64,000 nt of DNA from Eledone cirrhosa (taxonomy: Eukaryota). Positions 53,928 through 64,000 of this stretch are shown here, piece by piece. A model generated the notes under the pieces. That model saw nothing but the letters and a program-made list of their open reading frames with translations, ran no database searches and was not told the DNA's origin. Position 1 is the stretch's first letter, and each line of letters starts with the position of its first letter. A program made the position numbers and the translations under genes. The DNA lies in contig OZ024741.1 of assembly GCA_964016885.1 (NCBI GenBank), forward strand, positions 272,304,001 through 272,368,000, read 5' to 3'.

Positions 53928-53939
53928 ATATATATATAT

Positions 53940-54843
53940 AATAAAATATAGAGAAAAATACTGCAGGTAGCACATGGATAACATGTAATAAAATGAGTCC
54001 CTCGTCAGTGATTTGCCGACGATCATCGATATTTCATTGCATTAAAAATCATATACCTCACGTCGGTGCAATAATAACCAAAATAAGTTATTAGGACAAT
54101 TGAAACGCGTAAAGCGAGTGAGACAGGAGAACAACACAGAGTATAGCTAACCGTAGGGGAAAGAAACAAGCTTCAAAATTATTCTGTTTAGCATAAACTA
54201 GGTGAATATATGAGCGCTTTTAGAAAACAGACCTGATACGAACTCTGGCCATGTGAGAAGAGAGAAAAATAGCCTTCGTGGTGTACAGGATGAAATGAAG
54301 AGAAGAGAAACAGTGAGTGAGTGAAAGTGTGAGGAAGAGTTAACTGACATGACAGAGGGGGAGAAACAGAGAGACCGGGGGAGCAGTAAGAGAGAGAGAG
54401 AAAAAACACAGAATCGCAGTGGTAAATATATGTAATAAAATATAGAGAAAAATACTGCAGGTAGCACATGGATAACATGTAATAAAATGAGTCCCTCATC
54501 AGTGATTTGCCGACGATCATCGATATTTCATTGCATTAAAAATCATATACCTCACGTCGGTGCAATAATAACCAAAATAAGTTATTAGGACAATTGAAAC
54601 GCGTAAAGCGAGTGAGACAGGAGAACAACACTGAGTATAGCTAACCGTAGGGGAAAGAAACAAGCTTCAAAATTATTCTGTTTAGCATAAGCTAGGTGAA
54701 TATATGAGCGCTTTTAGAAAACAGACCTGACACGAACTCTGGCCATGTGAGGAGAGAGAAAAATAGCCTTCGTGGTGTACAGGATGAAATGAAGAGAAGA
54801 GAAACAGTGAGTGAGTGAAAGTGTGAGGAAGAGTTAACTGACA
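53940..54843 (-). mobile_element. 494-bp tandem non-autonomous element with two permuted-hammerhead motifs (53995-54057, 54489-54551)
   Basis: Near-identical tandem copies flanked by (TA)n; related to 49230-49930 and 57720-58330. Confidence 0.7.
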
Positions 54844-54869
54844 TATGTGTATATAAATATATATATGTG

Positions 54870-54962
<93 letters not shown>

Positions 54963-55029
54963 TTATATATATATACATATATATATGTGTATATAAATAA
55001 ATATATATATATATACATATATATATGTG

Positions 55030-55082
<53 letters not shown>

Positions 55083-55088
55083 ATATAA

Positions 55089-55164
<76 letters not shown>

Positions 55165-55166
<2 letters not shown>

Positions 55167-55500
55167 CAATGATATTAATAAAAGGAAACAATATTTATAA
55201 AACCATATTTATTTTATTTTATATATTTCAAGGGTACCAAAATTTTGGTACGCTCCCATCAGATAAAATACAAAATTTGTTTTATAAATGGTGACATACC
55301 CAAGAAACCAGACCTTATCGTTTCAGGTTCAGTTTGGATAGTGAAAGAAAAATTTCAAATCTTTAGGATGAATATGTAAATGAGGTTGAAACGTAAAGCT
55401 GAAAAAAGATCGTTATACTTAGATGCTAGGTAAATTTAAATAATTATTAGGATAATTTATAAGGGAAGAAGAAAATAGAAAAAGAGAGGCCAATATTAAT
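55165..55500 (-). mobile_element. AT-rich HHR-bearing element homologous to the duplicated flank at ~11090-11460
   Basis: TTTCAAGGGTACCAAAATTTTGGTACGCTCCCATCAGATAAAATACAAA is the reverse complement of the 11350-11400 motif (core CTGATGG). Confidence 0.65.
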
Positions 55501-55754
55501 ACAATAAACAATTATAGTTAGAAATACACTATTATTATTAAGATAAAATTGTATGGATCATATCAGTGATGGTGTAAGGAGAGTTATATAATTATATTTA
55601 ATTATTTAATTATATAATCATATATTTTGGTAGTATCTATAAATAATATGAGAGTTAAAAATGTTTTGAAGTGGTAGAATACCAATTTAAAATTTAAAAA
55701 AATTGAGATATACTTATTGGATATAATTATTGGATCTATTTAAATTATGAGTTA

Positions 55755-56644
55755 TCTATATATATAAAACTGAGGATGTCTGTGTGTGTGTGAGTTTGAA
55801 TCCCTAAAACTCGAGAAACACCCAACCGACTGTTTTCAAACTTTACACATGTAATACTTATGTTTCAGGGAGTGTTCTGAACCAAAGAAATTCAAATTTT
55901 CAATGCCCTAGGGCCACATTAGGCGATTTAGCGATCTCTCTCTATAATTCTTAGTCTTTCTCTTTTTAGATAGATACATACATATAACGTCGCGCCTTTA
56001 TAATATCTGTCTGTATGTCTGGCTGTCTGCATTACGTCACTTCCCTGAGGATGTCTGTCTGTGTGTGTGTGTCTGTGAGTTTGAATCCCTAAAACTCGAT
56101 AAGTACCCAACCGATTTTTTCCAAACTTTACATGTGTATTACTTATGTTTTAGGGAGTGTTATGCACATAAAATTCAACTTTTTGATCTCCTAGGGCCCG
56201 CATTAGGTGAAAAACTGCGTTTTAAAAGCTTTTTAGGGGCTTTTTGAGGCGTTACGTCAGACCAATTTCCTTGAAATTGTAACTATATATTAGTCAGTCT
56301 CTTCTTCATATCGTGAGCAAAGAAAATCCAACTTTCTTATGGCCTAGGGCCCGCATTAGGTGAAAAACTTCATTTTTTCAGCTTTTAAAGGCTTTTTGGA
56401 GGCGTTACGTCTAGCCGATTTTCCCGTCTAGCCGAATTTCAAGGCATATTATGCACATAAAAAAAATTCATTTGCTTGATCCCCTAGGGCCCGCATTAGG
56501 TGATAACCTGCAATTTTCCTGCTTCATCGAGGAAAATATTAAAGATTATCCAGCCACAGGCATGCAGTTTTTCCACGATTAGGTCTGTTGGCGGCCCGCC
56601 TTCCAAAATACCTTATCCCGTGCAACGCCGGGTACCACTGCTAG
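55755..56644 (+). mobile_element. Complete non-autonomous Helitron
   Basis: A|TCTATATATATAAAAC ... CCCGTGCAACGCCGGG hairpin ... CTAG|T; internal tandem subrepeats. Confidence 0.9.
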
Positions 56645-57079
56645 TAATATTATATAGATAATATTTATAAGTATATTTTAAGGTTGTAAGTATATTTTAG
56701 TTTATTATACGACAAGAGGTTATTTATATAAGTATTTATATAAATATTTTTGGTGAGTATATATATATTATTATTTTCACTAGATAGATAATTTAAATAT
56801 TTTTATATTTGTTAAGGGCTACGAAGAATTTTGTGCTTACATTTTCAATATGTAGTTAAGAAAAGGACGTCGTTATAAATTTTATTTGAGAAGATTATTT
56901 TGTACATTCAGATAGTTCTATCAAGATAGGAAGCATTCACCAAAAATTTAGTAAGTAAGTTAACGAAAATATACAGAGAATTCAATATTTATGTAAAGTT
57001 TAGTTGTTACATAGAAGGAATGTTTAAGCATGTTACATTATAAAGGAAAAGATAACTCCAATGTTTCTTACACACACAT

Positions 57080-57140
<61 letters not shown>

Positions 57141-57145
<5 letters not shown>

Positions 57146-57432
57146 AAAAAGGGATGAAATCGAAAATGCAACTGAAGTCTTATTTTTTTAAAAATATATA
57201 TATTTATTTGGTTCCTTTACCGGTTTCGCAGTTCTTCTGCTTTTCAAAAGGTGAGTTGAGATGGAGGGTCTGTGGTTTTTCTCACATCTGAGAAAAACCA
57301 CAGACCCTCCATCTCAACTCACCTTTTGAAAAGCAGAAGAACTGCGAAACCGGTAAAGGAACCAAATAAATATATATATTTAAAAAAAAATAAGATTTCA
57401 GTTGCATTTTCGATTTCATCCCTTTTTCTTTA
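57141..57432. repeat. Near-perfect ~290-bp palindrome of the U3:A8-hammerhead element
   Basis: Arms meet at TTTCTCA-CATC-TGAGAAA (~57287). Confidence 0.9.
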
Positions 57433-57488
57433 TACTTCCACTCGTGTAGGACACCTCGGTTATTTTTCATTTTGTAAAAAAAACTCAC

Positions 57489-57521
<33 letters not shown>

Positions 57522-57621
57522 GTGGTGGAACACTGGAAGGTAATATCCGTAGTGGTAGAGCACTCTGTCCAAGGGACGAGTTAGGTAGAAGTGGTTACAC
57601 AACAGTTAGTTCACCATACCG

Positions 57622-57691
57622 AGAACAATTGTTTCACCTTAGCGGATCTTCATCCCGAGCTGAAGATCCGCTAAGGTGAAACAATTGTTCT
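57622..57691 (+). ncRNA. Hammerhead at a fold-back junction
   Basis: CCGAG-CTGAAGA-TCC(GCTAA)GGT-GAA-ACAATTGT-T-CT(CGG in the inverted arm); sister structure at 60986-61116. Confidence 0.55.
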
Positions 57692-57719
57692 ATCACTTCT
57701 ATATATATATATATATATG

Positions 57720-58330
57720 AAAAAGTTTGTCCTCATCAGTGGCCATCCAACCGTCGTAGGCATTTCGTCGCATTAAAGGCCATATACCTCAGGTTGGTGC
57801 GAGCAACGGCTAAAAAAAGTCGTTGGGACACGTAAATAAAGGGGACGCTAGGGTAAACAAACAAAATGGTTTAAGCAGCAGAAAGTGAGGAAGAAGGAAA
57901 CAAGTCCCAGATTTCTATGAATATAAATTCGGTGGAATCGTGAACGAGAGAATAAAGACCATCAAACCTGGTTGAAATGTGAGCAAGGAAGGAATTTCGC
58001 ACAGGTCTAACGGGAGGAAGAAGGGGTCTGGTCTGCGAATTCGGTAAACATAAGTTCTGTGAAGTCGCAGACGAGAGAGAGAGAAAAAAAAAATTCATAC
58101 CGGCTTGGCCAAGTGCCCGCGAGAAAAGGATTATGGACAGGTCAAACGGGAAGAAAGGGGAAGAGGAGAGGTAGTGACAGAGAGTGAGTGAGTGAAAGGT
58201 GAGGAAGAGGCTAACAGAGAGAGAGACTGCTAGAAAGGGTAAAGACACAAAGAACGAAACAGACTGGTGGCAGCGGAGGAAAAAATATATGTGTAAATAT
58301 GATAATAATGGAGCTGCGGCGCTGTTATAT
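57720..58330 (-). mobile_element. Diverged member of the permuted-hammerhead element family (motif 57729-57788)
   Basis: Homologous to 49230-49930 (GAGTGAGTGAAAG, GGTGCGAGCAA, CATATACCTC). Confidence 0.6.
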
Positions 58331-58661
58331 ATATATATATATATAACAGATAGTTCATATATATATATATATAATATATATATATATAATATATATATTT
58401 ATACATATATATATATATATAATATATATATATATACAAGGAACGATCGACTTTCGTCAAATCGGACCGAGGGAACAATGTTTCCGTTGGTCTTTCCAAT
58501 TGCTAATGCTATCTATCGGTCGCAACTCCAGGTCGAAGGAGCAACGTGAAATAAAGTGTCTTGCTCAAGGACATAACGCATCGCCTGGTCCAGGAATCGA
58601 ACTCACAACCTTACGATTGCGAATCCAATTCTCTAACCACTCACCCACACGCCTTCACTGC

Positions 58662-58926
<265 letters not shown>

Positions 58927-59003
58927 TGATATACACGTGATAACGGTACAGAACAACATAACATGTCATCGAACTGATCGAAAGACATCAATATATATAT
59001 ACG

Positions 59004-59038
<35 letters not shown>

Positions 59039-59042
<4 letters not shown>

Positions 59043-59707
59043 CGTAGAAATATCCAAGACCCCCAGTAGACAACTGATGAGGACCCCCCCCCCCCCCGTT
59101 TTTGCTTTCTTCGTATTCCCACTGCATTTTAAGTTATCTTAAATACCACCAACTACACAGCCATTTCTATTCTCCATATATTTCATCATGTTTTTCGCTG
59201 TGACCATTCTTCTCTCCCCTTCTACCTACCTATTTCACTACTTTCTACTCTCACCCCTCTTTCTTCCCCTCCCTTTCTCCCTATCTACTCTTACCCTACT
59301 TCCTCTCCCTTTCTCCCTCTCACTTTCACCCCCTCGCCTGACTATTTAGCTGTTCTCACTTACAACTGCGGCGGTCGGACGTGTGTCTCTTTCCTCTCGA
59401 CAACTCAGTCTTGAACTTAAGTTCTCTTATCGAGTGGTCTTGGATTTCCTACCTATAGTTGCTCGCATATTGCTCGGTTTGTTGTTGTTTTTTTTCGCTG
59501 TTTTGTTACTGTTTTCTCTTTTCTTCCCCTTTGCTCTCCTTCCCTCCTTCTTCCGTTTTCCCAATAACTTACCCAGTTATTGAACGCCCTGGGCGGTAGA
59601 TATCTTGCCTTTAAAGCGTAGAAATATCCGAGACTCCCAGTAGACAACTGATGAGGAACCCCCCGCCCCCGTTCTTGCTTTCTTCGTATTCCCACTGCAT
59701 TTTAAGT

Positions 59708-59710
<3 letters not shown>
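59039..59710 (+). mobile_element. ~574-bp partially tandem element with a permuted-hammerhead motif (59599-59660)
   Basis: 59039-59138 repeated at 59613-59710; CT-rich interior; (TA)n on both sides. Confidence 0.6.
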
Positions 59711-59781
<71 letters not shown>

Positions 59782-59785
<4 letters not shown>

Positions 59786-60629
59786 TATATAAAACTGAAG
59801 TTGTCTGTGTGTGTGTGTGTGTGTCCTAATTTTGGCAAAGTCTATACAAATCCATATTTCTGCTCCGATTGACTTCAAACTTGCATTTATATATTCCTTG
59901 CGGTCTAAAGATATTAACTGCACCTTTTATTTTTCAGTTATCTGATGTTAAAGACGTTTTTTTCACTAAAACTTTAAGCCCTTTTTTCATTTAGTTCGGC
60001 AATTTTGTCTACAATGTTCAAGAGAGACAACTCTTTAGTATTTTGAAAGATTTACCTCTCTTTATAGACTATATTATCCCTACTTAAACATACATCCCTT
60101 GAAATTGTTCATGGTGACCCCAATAGTAATCCGAAGCGTTCGGCATCCGATATAACGGTTCGGTATATATCAGATTGGGTAGATTTACGAAGAGTCTATG
60201 GTCTCCTGTGGGGAAGGCCCAACATGCTGTGTGGTTACATGACATGTCTTTCTCAAGCATTGCAGACTTTACTCTGTACAGTATGCATGCAGGTGCAATA
60301 GACATAACTGATGATGTGTGTCTGGATGACAGGGTGCGAATCTATAAAACTCGAAAAGTACCTAACCGATTTTCTCCAAATGGAAGAAAAATCATACTCT
60401 AAGAATCATACGCTTAAAGAGTATCCAGCTGATTTTCTTCGGATTTTGCGCATGCATGCAGATGTTTCACGATTCGGGCCTGTTGGTGTTCTACATTTCC
60501 AGTAGATGAACAATCATTCCCTGAGAATAAGGGAATTCTAAAAGTACACAGCTACATTCCTCAATCTTTGCATATGCGTGTTGCTATTTCACGTTCCCTA
60601 CCCCGTGCAACGCTGGGTCCTGCTGCTAG
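59782..60629 (+). mobile_element. Non-autonomous Helitron
   Basis: 5' TATATATAAAACTGAAGTTGTCTGTG; 3' CCCGTGCAACGCTGGG hairpin then CTAG|T. Confidence 0.82.
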
Positions 60630-60663
60630 TATATATATGTATATATATATATACACACACACG

Positions 60664-60708
<45 letters not shown>

Positions 60709-60714
60709 GTGAGG

Positions 60715-60745
<31 letters not shown>

Positions 60746-60872
60746 ATGAAAAATAACCGAGGTGTCCTACACGAGTGAAAGTATAAAGAAAAAGAGATGA
60801 AATCGAAAATGCAACTGGAGTCTTATTTAAAAAAAAAAATAAGACTCCAGTTGCATTTTCGATTTCATCTCT

Positions 60873-60913
<41 letters not shown>

Positions 60914-61170
60914 TATAGAGTGTGGTAGAACACTGGAAGGTAATATCCATAGTGGTAGAGCACTCAATCCATGGGACGAGTTAGGTAGAAGTGGTTACAC
61001 AACAGTTAGTTAACCATACCGAGAACAATTGTTTCACCTGAGCGATGAGCTGAGGATCCGCTAAGGTGAACCAATTGTTTTCGGTATGGTGAACCAACTG
61101 TTGTGTAACCACTTCTCCCCCCCCCCCCTCTCTCTATATATATATGTATATATGTGTATATATATATATA

Positions 61171-61211
<41 letters not shown>

Positions 61212-61305
61212 GTGTATATATATATGTATATATATATATATATATGTATATGTATATATATGTGTATATATATATATATGTATATGTATATATATGTGTA
61301 TATAT

Positions 61306-61362
<57 letters not shown>

Positions 61363-61553
61363 AACAAGGGATATACAAGTGATAACGGTACAGAACAACA
61401 TAACATGTCATCCAATTGATTGAAAGACATCAATATATATATATTTATATATAGTAATAATAATAAAATTGAAGACTAAAATCCAAAGAGGGCTCGATAA
61501 GGAAAATCTATATCAAATATATAAGAACCGTAGAGCAAATATTTATTAAAATA

Positions 61554-61629
61554 ACAGATTAAAGTTTAAGCAAAGAATCGCTGCTTTCACCCTTAACGGG
61601 ATCTTCTGAAACTAACAAAGTCAATCTGT
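61554..61629 (-). ncRNA. Hammerhead-like motif with CAGAAGA (U4A) core
   Basis: Minus strand: ACAGATT..AGTTT-CAGAAGA-TCCC(GTTAA)GGGT-GAA-AGCA(GCGATTCTT)TGCT-T-AAACT..AATCTGT; second full copy at ~31838-31915. Confidence 0.5.
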
Positions 61630-62367
61630 AAACGCAGAACTGGATATTTAAAAAAAAGTTGCAACCGGAGGAAGACAGGAAGACGATACTTTGGTTCGTG
61701 GTAACGTTCGCTAGCAAAGAACGGGAAAAAACGAATAATACGTCATTAATAGGAGCGGTGAAAAACAATTACGCGCAAAGACAAAACCGCGTTTATGGTA
61801 TAAAAGAGGTCGTAGACTAATGTTCTCTTAGGTGGTGCATAGAGACGTTCTCTGGCAATGAACGAAAAAACGAAGATAATAAGTCAAATGTGGAGCGTGG
61901 AGAACAAAAGCACGCAAAGACAAAACCACGTAAATGATATAGCAGAAGTCGTAGACTAAAATTCTAACTAGGAGACCAAATGAATCTCCGCTACAGAGTT
62001 AAGAACAAAGTAAATAAATACAATACAGAAGTAATAGAAACAAATAAATACATACACGCAAACAGATACGTACATACACAAGCATACGCAAAACCTTACC
62101 ATAGGTATACAAAACCACGCACATATAAATATGTGTGTGTGTGTATGCTTGTGTACAAATAAATAAATAATTATATAAACGTATATAAGTAAATAAATAC
62201 GTATATAACAAGCGCACACACATACCTACATATAAATACACGAATGTTCGGAGACGTAAGTCAACTAAAACAAGAATTACACATATACACACACCCACCA
62301 TACGATCGAACCTGCATACTCACTTAGTAAAACGATTCTTGATAGAATTATACCTGAAATTAGAAGT

Positions 62368-63837
62368 TTGGCCCCTCTCGCACTGTGGAACAATTCTTTC
62401 GCGGTGATTGATTGGTTCAACGGCATATGTAACAAGGAACATTGCCGTTTTATCCAATTCGACATCAACAATTACTACTCCTCCATCACTTTACCACTTC
62501 TCCTCAGAGCTATCAATTTCGCTAAAACACTCACAGTGGTTAAGGATTTTGAACTTGATGTCATCCTTAATGCCCGAAAGTCGGTGATTAATTTCGACGA
62601 CTCTATTTGGATTAAAAAATCCAATAGTACCCCATTCGACGTGAGTATGGGCGCCAGTGACTCTGCGGAGGTTACTGATCTTATTGGCCTTTTCCTTCTT
62701 TTCTCTATCAAGGACGAATTCCTCAACGCGGGCGGTGGTTTGTACCGTGACGATGGTCTTTTGACCATGACTAAGTGCGGACCTTGTGCTTGCGACAGGT
62801 TCAGAAAAGAACTCACAGCCTTCTTTAAAGGCTTCAACCTCTCTATACAGGTTGAGGCCAATCTCTCGGTCGTTAATTACCTCGACGTTACCCTCAATTT
62901 ATTGAATGGGTTGTATTACCCGTATAGAAAGCCGAATGATACGCTTAATTACATAAGTAAGCATTCCAACCATCCTGCCAGCATAACCAAGAACCTGGTA
63001 AGAAACGTTTCGTTGAGGCTTTCCCGTCTTTCCACCAACGAGCGCATTTTCAACGACCATTCCACTTATTACAATGAAGCTCTTGCTCGAAGTGGATTTG
63101 TCGATAAGGTAGCATATACAGAGTATGAAAATAGACCTAGAAGAAATAGATCCCGTCGCATTTGTTTGTTTAACCCACCATATAATATGGAGGTGGCCAC
63201 ACCATTAGCTAAGATCTTTCTTTCCCTTATTACGAAGCATTTTCCCCCTACACATAAATATAGTAAAATTTTTAATAGAAATACTATTAAAATTTCTTAC
63301 TCTACGACTCCTAACCTTGCACATAACATCACAGCTTCAAATTTAGCTAAACTACCTAGCCGTAGGAACACGTGCAACCCTGTAGTTAGTACTAACTGTA
63401 ATTGTAGGAATCGGGCTGATTGCCCCCTATCCGGGAAATGCCTCTCTAGTAACATTGTCTACAAATGTAAGGTTGTAACACCCACGTCCCGTAGGGCCTA
63501 TATAGGGTTAACCGCCAATAGTTTCAAGCAGCGTCTTTACATGCATACCCATTCTTTTCGTTACCCTCTAAGAAGGAATATGACGTCACTTTCAGCTTAT
63601 ATCTGGAGTCTAAAAGACAACCACACCCAATATAAGTTACACTGGGAGATCCTAGCTAGGGCTAGATCGTATAATGGAAATAAAAGACCATGTGACCTCT
63701 GCGCCGCTGAGGCCCTGGAAATACTCTACGCCACAGACCACATCTTAAACAAAAAATCTGAGGCAATTTCGGCTTGTAAACATAAATTGCACAAAACTTT
63801 CCTGTATTACAGCCCCACGTTATACCCTAACGGATAG
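62368..63837 (+). CDS. Penelope-like retroelement ORF: reverse transcriptase, Cys knuckle and GIY-YIG endonuclease (Neptune-like layout), probably 5'-truncated
   Basis: QFDINNYYSSI, MGASDSAEVTDL, GGLYRDDGL, NYLDVTL, SNHP, CNCRNRADCPLSGKC, NIVYKC..AYIGLT..FKQR..H, CDLCAAE; 489 codons without a stop. Confidence 0.92.
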   Translation: MAPLALWNNSFAVIDWFNGICNKEHCRFIQFDINNYYSSITLPLLLRAINFAKTLTVVKDFELDVILNARKSVINFDDSIWIKKSNSTPFDVSMGASDSAEVTDLIGLFLLFSIKDEFLNAGGGLYRDDGLLTMTKCGPCACDRFRKELTAFFKGFNLSIQVEANLSVVNYLDVTLNLLNGLYYPYRKPNDTLNYISKHSNHPASITKNLVRNVSLRLSRLSTNERIFNDHSTYYNEALARSGFVDKVAYTEYENRPRRNRSRRICLFNPPYNMEVATPLAKIFLSLITKHFPPTHKYSKIFNRNTIKISYSTTPNLAHNITASNLAKLPSRRNTCNPVVSTNCNCRNRADCPLSGKCLSSNIVYKCKVVTPTSRRAYIGLTANSFKQRLYMHTHSFRYPLRRNMTSLSAYIWSLKDNHTQYKLHWEILARARSYNGNKRPCDLCAAEALEILYATDHILNKKSEAISACKHKLHKTFLYYSPTLYPNG

Positions 63838-64000
63838 CACGATCTATACGTGGATATTTTACGTCTTGATGTGGGAGCTAAGTATATGTTTTGTTTATTC
63901 CTTTACTTATTTGCATAGGTAAGTATATAATACCCATATGTTTTGTGAAGGTATGTATACCTTCTCGTACGTATGTTTGACTGTTATGGCGTATCATTTT

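Overview
Repeat-rich, AT-rich metazoan DNA, probably octopus (inferred from SINE/RTE/Helitron/Penelope content and long (TA)n tracts). Host coding sequence is scant: a probable terminal exon of a NATD1-like GNAT gene (26529-26639, +) and a possible mucin-like P/T/S exon (34545-37099, -). The rest is a 54-bp minisatellite inside a tandem duplication, RTE LINEs, one decayed autonomous and several non-autonomous Helitrons, Penelope-like elements (PLE; one long RT + GIY-YIG ORF), tRNA-derived SINEs and a mariner relic. The most notable signal is the density and variety of hammerhead ribozyme (HHR) motifs. (1) An ~8 kb, nearly invariant 310-bp tandem array carries 26 complete HHRs in two head-to-head arms that both end in (TA)n; it looks like a retrozyme/circRNA-derived array. 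(2) A family of ~0.5-kb elements carries hammerhead strands in a non-circularly-permuted order, supported by stem covariation. (3) Several minimal and core-variant (U3:A8, U4A) HHR families occur, many at fold-back junctions. All ribozyme calls come from manual reading of sequence and base pairing; none was computed or tested.
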